Shown here: positions 17,067 through 30,788 of the stretch, one piece after another
Position numbering within the stretch: position 1 is the stretch's first letter
Layout: each line of letters starts with the position of its first letter
Source of the DNA: the human T2T-CHM13v2.0 reference genome, Homo sapiens
NCBI RefSeq assembly: GCF_009914755.1
Contig: NC_060937.1
DNA length: 64,000 bases
Reading direction: 5' to 3' (one strand)
Translations under genes and position numbers: made by a program
Notes under the pieces: generated by a model
The model's input: the letters and a program-made list of their open reading frames with translations, nothing else
Database searches by the model: none
What the model was told of the DNA's origin: nothing

Positions 17067-19759
17067 ATAGGAAAGTCTTAAAAAAAGAAATCTAGCTGTT
17101 AAAAAGATTTTGTGTTACATGTAATTCAGTTATGTATACCAGTTTAACAGCCAATAACTAGAAAGAACCCAAATGTCCATCAACTTGAGAATGCTTAAAC
17201 AAACTGAGGTGTACAGATACAATAACATGCATAAATCTCAAACACATGAGCTGAGTCAAAGAAGCCAGACGCCAAAGACTACATCCCGTATGATTCCATT
17301 AGATCCGGGTAGATCCAGGAAAAGCCAAGCCATGGGGGCAGAGCAGAGGCTGCAAAGGGCTGTTACTGGGGAGGGAGACTGACTGCAAAGAGGCCGCAGG
17401 AAGCTTTTGGGGAGATGGACAGGCCTGTATCTTGAATGCGGTCGTGATTACATGAGTATATATATTTATCAAGATTCGTTGACCCTTTAAAAAAACGCAC
17501 TGAACTTTAAACAGTAAGTGAGTAAATTTTGTCTGTAAATCAAAAAAGCTGAATTATTTTGGGGAGAAGCCCTTCCTCAACAGCAGCATCTGAACAAAGT
17601 CCTTTGATCCCCCAGGATCTGACTCGCTTTTCTGCAGCGTGTTGCTGCTCCATAAACATTAAGCCTTTTCTTCTTTGCCACACAGGCCCGTCTGTTCCTC
17701 TCTCCTATTTGAGTGAATATGGCTAGAAGTCTCTTCATATTCTCCCTTCTTAGCCCTTTACCCAGGAGCTTAACTCAAGTCTACTTCCAGGGCCAACAGG
17801 GAATGGACAGGGAGTGAGCATCCGTGGGAGCTGTGTGGCCCTCCCAGGCCCTGAGGGCTGCGCTGGGAACGTGCCCTGTGGGCTTGTATCCATTGCTTTC
17901 ACTGGGGCCACTCCTGGCTGAGGAGGGTTGCAGCTTTGCAGCTCTGCTGTCACTGAGCTCCACGCGATCCCTTTAGCCTCCCCAGGTTTTATTCTGGACA
18001 TTTCCATTCCCTCACATAATCTAGCTTTGTTTTTCTGACTCTTGGCCAAGGTTTTTGGTGTCAGTGTGTTCCTAGGACATGGTGTCCTAAAGTACAACGG
18101 AGTGATTTTCTAAAGAACCAGGACACATGCTCTAGCAAGACGGATGTGTGGGGCAAAATATGGGTCAGAATCTTTGCAATTGTGAACATCTCTGACAGCC
18201 CAGGCTGCGCACCCCGCATCTCCTCCAGGGCCTGGGATAGTGGGCTGGTGGGCTGTCATTTCATCACAAGCACGCCTCCTAGACCACTCATCCACACAGC
18301 CCAGGAACACGTGCCTCTTCCCCCGGCTCCTGACTACATTCATGGTGAAGCTTGTGGCTACGCCCTCCTAAGTCTCATCAAGCAGCAATACCCCCGCCCC
18401 GGGCATTTTAACCTCTCCATTTCAGTATTTCCAGCTCCATTGCTATTATTTTACCAATGATTATCTACAAGCTTTCCTTGAACGTTGTGTTATATTTCAT
18501 TTTGGTTATCATTTTCTGGTATAAGCAACACTTCCATATTAGGAACAGCCCCAGAGAGCTGCTTACATCTGACTTGGTAATGGTGGTGAACTGTATGGTA
18601 TGTGAATTATTTCTCAATAAAGCATTAAAATAATGCAATTCTGTATAGATCCATAGCAAACAAAAATAACACTGAAATGGTTTCTATCATAAAGTTAATA
18701 GTTGATGGATGAAGATGGTAAGCCCTGCCTCCTGCCTCTTCACCCCGATTTTGAGCTATCTTAATGCAGTGTCTTCCCACAGAAGGCTTTCCTGGACATG
18801 TGGCCTTGTCTTACCTGGGGCTATTAACACCAGGATGAGATTCTGAAATGTGCAGTGCTGGCTAAACACCCAGCAAGTGGTACTGGTTCCCTTCTCAGAT
18901 CAAGAGAATGCTATCTTCAGAAGATGTGTGCAGCAGACATTCCTGTACTTAGAAGAACCCAGCAGTGGGAGGGCCTGGGATGCCCTTCACACCTCCAACC
19001 CAGGACCCTGGAGGGGCAGAGGTGCTGCTCAGTGGGGGGCTGGGGCTCACGACCTTGGCAAATGACTGAACCTCTCATCCTGGATCTCCTTCTCTGTCCA
19101 GTGAGACCCTGGCACTTCCCAGAGTGGGGGAGTGGGATCCCCTGGGAGTATACAAGTGCCCAGCATGGGTGGGTTCAAGCAATGACAGTTGTTTTGAATG
19201 AAATAAAACAAATAGGAAATCATTAACTCTGCTCAAAGGTCATGCGGCAGAGTCTGCATGCCCCGGAGGAGGCTGTGCCCAACAGTGGGTTCGAAAGGAC
19301 CAGATTCCAGGCAGCTCCTGGGTGACTCACTTTGCCTCACTGGGGTTTAGGTGCCTCTAAATAGGGACAGAAACTCTTACCTTGCCTACCTTGCAAGCTT
19401 CAACCTAAAGCTCAAATTACTGGAAGTACACAGAAGTTGTGAAATTTTATTCTTCTATAAAACGGCAAGCCCCTGTCCACTGCCTGTGTGGACCCCGACA
19501 GAAACTACCCTAGATATTCTCTACAACTAAGCTCGGTGAAGGGCTAAGACTTGATTTCCATTTTCATAAATACACCTTAGTTTTGCACAGAAAAAAAAAT
19601 TTTTCCTTGCACAAACACCATTTTCTTCAAACCTGGCACCAGCAAGGATCATGCCTGGCACCTCACGCAGTACCTGTGATTCACCAAATATACTTCACCC
19701 ACCTTCACAGCACTCAGAGGACACTGGGACAGACAGCACAGGCAACTCACCCAAAGTCA

Positions 19760-20227
<468 letters not shown>

Positions 20228-20804
20228 TCAAAGCGTTACTTGCCTTGAATTGCAAGCAGACTCCACACAATCTTACTTATATAAATCAAGCCAAGCAGAG
20301 GCTTCCAGAGAAACCAACCCTGCCGGCCCCTGATCTTGGACTTCTGAACCACTAGAACTGTGAGAAAGTTCTGTTGTTGAAGCCACCCGGTCTGTGGCAC
20401 TTGGTTGTAGCAACCCTAGTGAATGAATGCACTGATGGATGCTGCCCCACGATCAATCTGCAAATATTATCCTCACTCAGAGGGGCCAGACACATGGGGC
20501 ACATGTGACATGCATCCACTGATCCAGAACACCCAGCACGGGTAAAGCCACAGTGACAGGTAGGGGGATGGGGGCTGCCAGGGGCTCGGGATGGAAGAAT
20601 GGGAGGGATGCTTAGTGTGGAAGAGGTTTCTTTCTTTTGGGGTGAGGAAAATGTTCTGGAACTAGACAGAAGTTGTAATCACATAACATTATGTACTAAA
20701 TAATCATGGAATCCTTCACTTTTAAATGGTTTTCTGTTCTGTGAATTTTATCTCAATAAAAAAACCTCTAAATTAAAAGTAAATAAATCTTTTAAAGTGG
20801 TCCA

Positions 20805-20925
20805 AGCTGGGCATGGTGGCACATGCTTGTAGTCCTGGCTACTCGGGAGGCCAAGGTAGGAGGATCACTTGAGCCTAGGAGTTTGAGTCCAGCCTGAGCA
20901 ACACAGTTAAGACCCTGTCTTTACA
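20805..20925 (+). mobile_element. Alu monomer (FLAM-like)
   Basis: Single arm. Confidence 0.8.
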
Positions 20926-23159
20926 TTAATTAATTAAACTAAACTTTAAAAGATGATACAGATAAAATCTACTATTAGAATATGATGTGTGGAATGCCAC
21001 AGTGAAGGGTTTGTTCAGCATGTCATAAGGAACAGGAAAGAGAAGAATGAATTTTGTGTGGGTGACTTGGATGCAGCCCCCAACAGGTTGGGCACTGCCC
21101 CTGGAGGAGGGTAAAAACCATGCTGGAAAGAGGGGAAAGGAGGAGGTGGGTGCCTTCCAGGCAAGGAGCGTGAGCCCAGGCGTGTGCAGGGAACAGAGAT
21201 TTGGAACCCCTGGGGGCCTGTGGGCTACTGGGAACCAAAAGACAGGGACTGGGTGGAGGGAAGCCTGGGGCAGTCTCGGTGCCTGTGGCCACCCTGGGCT
21301 GGACCTGCGGCTGGGGCTCCCCACGCCTGTTGAGTTCCCAAAATGCATGTGAAGCTTCAACGCTGATGTTCTAGGTCCCTCGCAAGAGAGTTGGATTTAG
21401 TAATTTAGGAGCTGGGGGCAGGAATCTACATTTCAAATAAAATACAGTATTTTTCAAAGCTCTCCAGGCGATTCTGGTGATTACCCTTTGGGAAAATCAT
21501 TGATTGTGGGAAGGGTCTATCTGTTTTACAGTGATGCTCTCGAACTACTAACTTTTAGATTAAAGAGGATTCATGATGCTCTGTATACTTTAAAAACAGA
21601 GAAGGGGCACTCCTTCATTTTCACAGGTTTTCCTAAAAAAGACTTACATTCAACCTTCACCTACATGGCAAGTTCAAAGAACCAGAAGAGCTAATTTTCC
21701 AAGTATTAAAGATTGAAGATTTGTATAAACATCTTTTTTAAAAAAATTATCCAAGTTATACAAAAAGGAAAACAAAATATGTGAAAATGAAGATAATACA
21801 AAAAGCCTTAGAATAACTAACAGGTAGCCCTTCCAAGTTTAGTACACATTCACCCTTTAAATTTCTTATCATTCTATTTAACTACGAGACTGTTGCCTAA
21901 ATAACGCTGAGTACACATTTTCTAAGAGCATTATGTTTTTACTTTCATGATTCAAGGTCGACCGAAGTACAAATATTAAGCCACAGGAATGGCCATTTGA
22001 AAAGTGTGGAAATAAATTACATTTTTTACTTTCAACACCTGGTGTCACCAGCATCATGCAGTACCCAGCTCTGAGTGCTCTATGCCCCGGGCAGGGGGCG
22101 GGGGGGCTGGGCCTGAACCCAGCAGAAGCCAGGCCTTTATGGGGGAGGGAAGCCCAAGGCCCAGGTCACCCTTCCAGAAACAGCATTTTAACCACACTCC
22201 AGACCGCTACTATTCCCAGGGAACATACAGGTTTAAAGGGAGGTTGTGATGTTTGTTTTTAACTTCAAGCACAATGATGCAAGGAAAAGCCTGTTGTGAT
22301 ACAGACCTGGTATGCTCTCCCTGTAGTATTTCACAGGGGATGGCCGCCGCCTCCTTCCCAATCTTTGACCTTGTTCCCACTGCGTATGTGGCTCTACTCT
22401 AAGAATTCACGGTTCGTCTTGTTTAGAGCGGCTTGGTGAGATGAAAAATCTAAAATCTCAGGGAAAACTTCATTCTTTAAAATAATTTGTGCTCAGATCA
22501 GAGTTCAAAAAACTGGGAGATTTCAAAAGGAAAGACACAATCCTTTAACCATCATGCTGAAAGATCAGAGTGTCAAAAGGGATTAGTTGGTATTTTAAAG
22601 CCTGGTCCAGTCAACCTACCTGACAACGTTAACAGCTTTCATTTGCACATCTGACTCCTGACAGTCAAGGCAAAGTAGTGCTTACGAGACATAACTGAAA
22701 AAATAACAGCCCTGATATTTCACAACTTTAAAACGTGGTGCTGGTGACACCAGGTGTTTGAAACGAGGTCGCTGCCTTGTAGCTTTCACAGCAAAGGGAT
22801 TCTGCAAAACATCTCTGCAGAAGCTGGTTTCTAACCACTCAGGTTAACCCCCCTTTCCTCCCCAGCTGCTTGAGCAGTGTTTTACGTTGATGATGACGCC
22901 CATTTCTTCTTCCCCACTCAATTCTGTCCTCTGTGATCCTCTCCCAAATAGTTTCACTGCTGCTCCCCCTCAGAGCTAGAGTGATACCTCCAACATGCAT
23001 GCCTGGATGTGCCCCTGCCTGTCCAGCTGTGGGGACTTCTGTGTGGCAAGCAGACTCTCACATGGCACCCACCAAGCCCATGCCTGGCATCCCTGTCCCT
23101 GTGTGATTCCTGCCCCTCCAAGCATGGGTTTAGTGACTGACAGCCAACAAACACAATCC

Positions 23160-23548
23160 AGAGGAAGTGATGGGATTCAGTTATAAAAAGACTGCGGCTT
23201 CTGTCCTGGGAGCTCTCTTCCGCTCTCAGATCCCCTACTGTGAAGGAAGCCAGCTGCCATGCTATGAGCATTTCCATGGAGATGCCACGTAGAGAAGAAG
23301 TGAGGTCTCCACCAACAGTCAGAAAGGACCAAGGCATGCCAGCTGTCAGGGAAGTGAGCTCCAGGTCTCCCCAAGTCAAGCCTGGAGAAGGCCACAGTGC
23401 AGCCAGCACCTGAGTGCAGCCTGTGACAGACCCAAGTCAGAATCACACAGCTAAGCCACTCTTAGATCCTGAGCCACAGAAACTGTGGGATAATTTTTGT
23501 TGTTTTCAGTCACTAATTTTGGGGGTGATTTGTTCCTCAGCAGTGGAT
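23160..23548 (+). mobile_element. MLT1-family MaLR LTR
   Basis: GGAAGCCAGCTGCCATG...AGAAACTGTGGGATAAT...GGGGTGATTTGTT. Confidence 0.7.
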
Positions 23549-24049
23549 AAGTCCAGAGGGCCAATCCAAATGTCTTCACGTGCTCACAAAGGCCAGTTGC
23601 CGCTCAGCCATGCCTCACACTGCCTGTGGTACTTTCTTTGCTTTCTCGGTTGCTACTGCCTTTCAGGCCCTTCACACTCTTCACTCCTCAGCACTCTGCC
23701 TGGCAAAATCCTCCTTGTGCTTCCAGGTTACTTCAAACACCATCCTTCTGGTACCATGTCTCTCACCGTGAGCCCTAGAGGCAGAACTGACCCTGGGACA
23801 CTGCTGCCCTTTGCCCCTGGCCTTGCGGCTGCCGAGGTCCCCTTTACCAGATCCCTGGGGGCCCGGGCACCAGCAACTCATGCTCCTCGGCTCTCAGCCC
23901 TGGTAACTGGGTGTGGTAGGTATTTAAGAAGTGTCTGCTCAGGGAGTAAACCACTGGTTAGTTGCCAACCTGATGCCCTTTATCCCTGAACACAGTCATG
24001 TCTGTTTCCCACAAAGACATCTGATCTCACTACACTACAACCTGTGACA

Positions 24050-25190
24050 TCAGGGCATCAGCATTTGTGACTAAGTTTACCACCTTCTCGCAGACAGTTT
24101 GAACTTTTTCCAACTGTCCTGATAACGTGCTTTACAGCAAAAGGGCCCAGTGCACAATCCCAATTGCATGTAGCTATGTCCTTTAGCCTCCTTCCATCTG
24201 GAACAATTCCTGCCTGTCTTTGGCATTCACGATCCTTTAAAGATTGCAGGCCATTGATTTGGTTGAATGTCCCTGAATTTGGTTTTGTCTGATGCTGTCT
24301 CCTGATTAGATTCGGATGGTATATCTTGAGCAGGAATCTTTCCGAAATGATGCTATGTTCTTCTCACTGCCTCCTATCAGACACCATATGATTTCAACTT
24401 GCTCCATTATTGATGACATTCACTCTGATCACTTAAGGTGGTGACTGCCAGGCTTCTCCATAGAGAAGTTACTCTTTTGCCCTTTATAGTTAAGCATTTT
24501 ATGAAGAGGGATTTTGAAACCATGCAACATCTCATTCACCATCAAACCTGCCACTTGTTCATTTATTTATTTGTATCTACATGGACTTATGGTTTCCTAT
24601 TATATTCAATGCTATCATTATTTCTTTTGATGCTTACATTGTCCCCTTTTGGACAGATGGGGTGAATTCCAGCAAGCTTCTCTGTCCCCTTGGCCCATCT
24701 TCCTCATTATTCCATTGCTTTCTGGTTCAAGATGTTCCAGGCTCATTTTAGACTTTCCCTGTCCCAGCCCTGGCATCAGCCCTCTCTCCAAGGAGCTCTT
24801 GTTCTCTTGTAGCAAATGGTATTTAGATGCCAAGATCTGGGTGCAGGGTGTGCTGTCTTTGGGCTGCATCTGTCCACAACCCCTGCGCCAGCAGAATATA
24901 TGCCTGTATCCACATATAAACATACACACACGCACACTTACATTCACTTCTTTACACCTTTACATCTATGTTCACTTCTATATCTGTCTACACTTATTGA
25001 AAACCATGAATTCACACAAACACACACAACCCAAAGCATATCACAGGATTCATTCCAGTTTTCTGCATTTCTGTATTAATAACTCTCTTCTTTGACACTG
25101 GGAAACCTGGCTCCCACTAGCCTGAATGCAGTTATGTATCTGACTGATCCTTCTATGTGTTAACTAATTTCTAATCTCAGGTACCACCAT
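24050..25190 (-). mobile_element. Old L1MC/MD 3' region
   Basis: AGATGTTCCAGGCTCATTTT...CCCAGCCCTGGCATCAGCC motif. Confidence 0.65.
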
Positions 25191-25511
25191 CTTCCCTCAC
25201 AAGACAAAAAAGGCTGGTGGAGCTCTAGCCATAATGTCACATTCAAAGGAGGTGGCATGAGGCAGGGCAGGTGAAGAACCAGGGCCCTACTTCCAATTGA
25301 ATCGGGTTCCTTTTCAAAACCTCCCTGGAAGCCCCACACATTTCTGCTTACCTCTCATTCACCATAACTAGGCACATGGGTCACTGAATAAAACAGGACC
25401 AGTAATTAAGAAAGAAGAGAATGGATATTTGGTTGCAATCAGCAATTTCTACCAATCCCACTTTTTATATTTATTGGCCAACATCCTGCTGTCAGGGGTT
25501 ACTGAAGACCT

Positions 25512-27865
25512 TGTATTAGTCTGTTCTCATGCTGCTAATAAAGACACCCAAGACTGGGTAATTTATAAAAGAAAGAGGTTTAATTGATTTACATTCAGCA
25601 TAGCTGAGGAGGCCTCAGGAAACTTACAACCATGGCAGAAGGGGAACCAAACATGTCCTTCTTCACAAGGCAGTGGCATCAAGGAGAAGAATGAGTGCCC
25701 AGTGAAGGGGCAAGCCCCTTATAAAAGCATCAGATTTTGTGAGAACTAACTCACTATCACGAGAACAGGATAGGAGAAACCATCCCCCATGATTCAATTA
25801 TCTCCACCAGGTGCCTCCCATGACACGTCAGGATTATGGGAACTACAATTCAAGATGAGATTTGGAACTACAATTTAAGATGAGCCAAACCATAACATCC
25901 CACTGCTGGCCCCTCCCAAATCATATGTCTTCACAATTCAAAACACAATCATGCCCTCCCAACAGTCCCTCAGTCTTAACTCATTCCAGCGTTAGCTCAA
26001 AAGTGAAGTCCAAAGTCTCATCTGATACAAAGCAAGTCCCCTCTGCCCATGAGCCCACAAAATCAAAATCAAGTTAGTTACTTCTTACATACAATGAAGG
26101 TACAGCCATTGGATAAATAAACCCATTCCAAATGGGATAAATTGGCCAAAACAAAGGGGCTACAGGCCCCATGCAAGTCTGAAATCCAATAGGGCAATCA
26201 TTAAATCTTAAAGTTCCAAAATGATCTCCTTTGACTCCATGTTTCACATCCAGGGCATGCTGATGCAAGAGGTGGGCTCTCATGGCCTTGGGCAGCTCCG
26301 CCCCTATGGCTTTGCAGGGTACAGCCTCCCTCCCAGCTGCCTTCACAGACTGGCATTGAGTGTCTGCTGCTTTTCCAGGTGCACGGTGCAAGCCATTGGT
26401 GGTTCCACCACTCTGGAGTGTGAAGGACCCTTTTCCCACAGCTCTACTAGGCAGTGCCCCAGTGGGGACTCTGTGTGGGGGCTTCAACCCCAAATTTCCC
26501 TTCTGCACTGCCCTAGCAGAGGTTCTCTATGAGGGCTCTGCCCCTGCAGCATCGTTCTGCCTGGACATCCAGGTGCCTCTGTACATCCTCTGAAATCTAG
26601 GCAGAGGTTCCCAAACCTCAATTCTTGACCGCTATGTACCCACAGGCCCAACACCACGTGTAAGCTGCCAAGGCTTGGGGCTTGTACTCTCTGAAGCAAT
26701 GGCCTGACCTTTACACTGGACCCTTTTAGCCACAGCTGGAGCTGCAGCAACTGGGAGGCAGGGGGGCACCATGTCCCGAGGCTGCATAGTGCATGTGGGC
26801 CCTGGGCCTAGCCCACAAAAGCATTTTTCCCTCCTAGGTCTCCAGGCCTGTGATGGGAGGGGCTGCTGAGAATGTCTCTGATATGCCCTGGAGACATTTT
26901 CGCCACTGTCTTGGTGATTAACATTTGGCTCTTTGTTACTTATGCAAATTTCTGCAGTGGGCTTGAATTTCTCCCCAGAAAATAAGTTTTTCTTTTCTAT
27001 CACATTGTCAGGCTGCACATTTTCCAAACTTTTATGGTCTGCTTCCTCTTGAATGCTTTGCTGCTTAGAAACTTCTACCACCAGATACCCTAAATCACCT
27101 CTCTCAAGTTCAAAGTTCCACAGATCTCTAGGGCAGGGGCAAAATGCCGCCAGTCTCTTTGATAAAGCATAACAAGAGTGACTTTTGCTCCAGTTCCCAA
27201 CAAGTTCCTCGTTTCCATCTGAGACCACCTCAGCCTGGACTTTATTGTCCATGCTGCTATCAGCATTTTGGACAAAGTCATTCAACAAGTCTCTAGGAAG
27301 TTCCACACTTTCCCACACCTTCCTGTCTTCTGAGCCCTCCAAGTCTCTAAGAAGTTCCAAACTTTCCCACATTTTACTGTCTTCTTCTGAGCCCTCCAAA
27401 TTGCTCCAGCCTCTGCCTGTTACCCAGTTCCAAAGTGGTTTCCACATTTTTGGGTATCCTTATAGCAGCACCCCACTCTCTGTGGTACAAATTTACTGTA
27501 TTAGTCCATTCTCATACTGCTAATAAAGACATACCTGAGACTGGGTAATTTATAAAAGGAAGAGGTTTAATCGACTCGTGTTCAGCATAGCTGAGGAGGC
27601 CTCAGGAATCTTATAATCATGGCGGAAGGGGAAGCAAACATGTCCTTTTTCACATGGTGGCATCAAGGAAAATGAGTGCCCCATGAAGGGGGAAGCCCCT
27701 TATAAAACCATCAGATCTCATGAGAACTCACTATCACAAGAACAGGATGGGGGGGAACCGCTGCCATGATTCAGTTATGTCCACCTGCCCTCCCACAACA
27801 TGTGGGGATTATGGGAACTACAATTCAAGATGAGATTTGGGTGGAGACACAGCCAAATTATATCA
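25512..27865 (-). mobile_element. Full-length THE1 (THE1C-like) MaLR: LTR 25512-25897, internal 25898-27496, LTR 27497-27865
   Basis: TG...CA LTR ends; perfect 5-bp TSD GACCT (25507-25511 and 27866-27870); internal MaLR-type ORF 26632-27447. Confidence 0.95.
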
Positions 27866-27940
27866 GACCTCAAATGAATCTCTGGAAGCAGTCTGGGTCC
27901 TTACCCATCCTCTAGGTTTATAAAATCCCAAGGAATGTCT

Positions 27941-28130
27941 CCTTCTGCCATGATTATAAGCTTCCTGAGGCCTCATCATCCATTCTGAACATGAGTCAAT
28001 TAAACCTCTTTCCTTTATAAATTACCCAGTCTCAGGTATGTCTTTATTAGCAGTATGAGAAAAGACTAATACAGTAAATTTGTACCACAGAGACTGGGGT
28101 GCTGCTATAAGGATACCCAAAAACGTGGAA
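27941..28130 (+). repeat. Inverted copy of the THE1 LTR/internal junction (27440-27629)
   Basis: Ungapped 190-bp reverse-complement alignment, 14 mismatches by hand count. Confidence 0.93.
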
Positions 28131-28447
28131 TCTTAGGCTTAAATGCCTGCTCAGATGATGTATCGCTACTTATTTGCTCATCTAATAATTCCATATGTAA
28201 GAAAATGTTGTGATTGGCCTCCCCGAGAGATTGCTCAGTCTCCAAGAAAACGACCCCCTATGAGGACAGTTTATAGCCCTTGAGCTGTGTGAAAACACAG
28301 TGCCAGAATGGATCAAAGCTCCAGCCCAAAACACCATGGCATTAAAGAGACAGGGAAGCAGAGAGCAGTGACAACAGTCCTAGCTCTCTGCCAATCCAAA
28401 GGAAAGAAGGGAAAAAAGGGAAGATAACAGTGTCGAGGAGGATAACC

Positions 28448-28697
28448 TCAGATACATGGGAACTGGCACATGAGACGCACACTTTTGTAAGTAGGGAGAT
28501 TTATTTTGCAAAATCCCCCAGCAGGCAAGCCTTGGCAATACATTTCAGATGAACTCATCCAAACTGATGCTGTGTCTTTGCAAGGAAAATTGAAAAGACT
28601 GTATTTAATGCAAAGATATTACAGTTTTTCTAATGATCATATAGAAGTGCCATTCTTTGATATTGCTCTAATATCCTTCAGAACACAGATGTGTATG
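28448..28697 (-). pseudogene. Pseudo-exon 7 (terminal, ShKT-like Cys motif)
   Basis: Acceptor CTTTCTTCTGCTGCACAG, phase 2; [81 protein letters not shown]. Confidence 0.75.
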
Positions 28698-28738
28698 CTG
28701 TGCAGCAGAAGAAAGTGTGGTGTAGACAGAGAACATAC

Positions 28739-28884
28739 TTTCTTTTTTTAGTTTTAATTTTAATTTTTGTAGAGACGGGGTCTCATTTGGCCAGGCTGGT
28801 TTCAAGCTTCTAGCCTCAAGCAATCCTGCCACTTCAGCCTCCCCAAGTGCTAGGATTATAGGCATGAGCCACTGCACGCGGCCC
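28739..28884 (-). mobile_element. Alu monomer (FLAM-like)
   Basis: Single antisense arm. Confidence 0.8.
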
Positions 28885-29359
28885 AGAGGACACACTTTAC
28901 AACTAGATGTACTTCATTTCAAAGTCATGTAAAACCCTGCCGTGTTTCAGCTGTGTGACCTTGTTCAGGGTGTTTCATCTCTGTGAACCTCAGTTCCAAT
29001 TCCCTACAAATGGGGATAATAATGCCCACCTCAAACATTGATGTATGGAGATAATGTATGTATATATACATTCTGGCCCACACATGATCTCAATAATTCT
29101 TACTCCCTCTGAGAGAAGGATAAATCACAGAACTACAAGGACTAAATAGAATATATCACAGATATAATAATGCCTTGCATATATCTTGTATCCAATAAGT
29201 CTTAACCTTTTTTAACTTACTCAAACATACAAAAAGCCATACACTAGTTATCTGGTATGGTTGACTGGTGTTCTTTATTATGAAATTTAACCTTTTGTGT
29301 GCAGGAAAAACCTGTATAAGCCCTTCTCTGCATTGGTCTGCACAGTATACTAAAAATGA

Positions 29360-29815
29360 CATAGCTCATGCACGTTCCCAGCATCAGCCAAGGGTTGGAC
29401 GCAACCCAAGTGTCCACTGACAGAGGAAGGAATAAACAAAATGTGGGGTATACACACAATGGAATATTACAGAGCCTTGAAAAGACTGAAAGGAAGGAAA
29501 TTCTGACCCATCCTACAACAAGGATAAGCCTTGAGAACACTATGCGAAGCAAAATAAGCCAGTCCACAAAAAGACAAATGCTGTAAGATTCCACTTTTAT
29601 GACATACCTAGAGTAGTCAAATTCATACAGACAGGAAACAGAATGGTGATTACCAGGAGCTGGGGGACGGGGAAAATGGGGAGTTGTTTAATGGATATAG
29701 AATTTTAGTTTTAAAAGATGAAAATGTTCTCAAGGTTGGTTGCACAACAATGTGAATATACTTAATACTACTGAACTGTACACTTAAAAATGGTTAAGAT
29801 GGTAAAATTTATGTG
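29360..29815 (+). mobile_element. L1MB-type 3' end
   Basis: AACAAAATGTGG...CTGAACTGTACACTTAAAAATGGTTAAGATGG. Confidence 0.8.
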
Positions 29816-29830
29816 TTAATGTTTAAAACA

Positions 29831-30000
29831 TTTATTTATTTTTGTAGACAGGGTCTTGCTATGTTGCCCAGGCTGGGGTGCAGTGGCTATTCACAGGTGT
29901 GATCATAGTGCACTGCAGCCTCAAACTCCTTGCCTCAAGGTATCCTCCTGCCTCAGCCTCCAGAGTAGCTGGGACTACAGGCGTGCACCACCACACCAGG
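29831..30000 (-). mobile_element. Alu monomer (FRAM/FAM-like)
   Basis: Single antisense arm. Confidence 0.8.
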
Positions 30001-30470
30001 ATAAAAAACATTTTTCAGATGATGTAAGCTTTTCATAAGAATGCAGAGTCCTCAAACTGATTAATGATGAACTGTGCTGCAGGTACATTTATGCATTTTG
30101 CTGCCCAGAGCTGTAGCTGTATCTAGCTTCAGGGTGTACTCTAGAACTTGCTTTCCTGAACGAATATCTGGGGTTTCTTAGGATACAGCTGCTAAAGGAA
30201 AAAAATAGAACTTGACATCTTTTGCTATATAATGGCATCTTTTATTAATACCCTTGGAGAAGCATAGGGTATTAAGGCTGGAAAAAGTTTAGAAAGTACA
30301 TTTTAAAGTTGAATATGAAATCTACACTTCAATCCAACTAAAAGATTTTTCTAAGACCATATAGGTAGCAATCACAAGAAGAGTGGGAGAGAAGCGGCAT
30401 CTTCCCAGTTTCCTCTACAATCCTCTTGACACCCACAGTCCACTGGACTTAGCTCTCCACAAGTCCTTAC

Positions 30471-30650
30471 CTTTGAACGTCACTGTTTACTACACTGCCA
30501 CCAGGGGGCAGCAGCTATATTAGTCTGGTATTCTAAACACCCTGGACTAAGGCCCAATACTCTTCCATTACCCCTTCCCCCATCCCATGAAATATGTGCA
30601 TATATGTGCATATATGTGACTTCATTGAAACAATCTCAATAAGCCAGAAG
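30471..30650 (-). pseudogene. Pseudo-exon 6
   Basis: Strong donor AAG|GTAAGG; acceptor appears mutated AG>AA. Removing the 10-bp duplication (30592-30611) gives 170 nt, phase 0 to 2: LLAY*DCFNEVTYMHIFHGMGEGVMEEYWALVQGV*NTRLI*LLPPGGSVVNSDVQ. Confidence 0.72.
30495..30513 (+). promoter_or_regulatory. Strong CTCF motif
   Basis: CTGCCACCAGGGGGCAGCA is a near-consensus CTCF core. Confidence 0.7.
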
Positions 30651-30788
30651 TTTAAAAGAGACCCATATATAACTTTTTAAACAAAACAAAGACTTGAGTC
30701 CAATGGATGTAACACCCTTACTAATCCTTTACTATTTCTGATTTATTCCAATCCCAACAGATGTAATGGTCAATTAATATGTTAGGTT

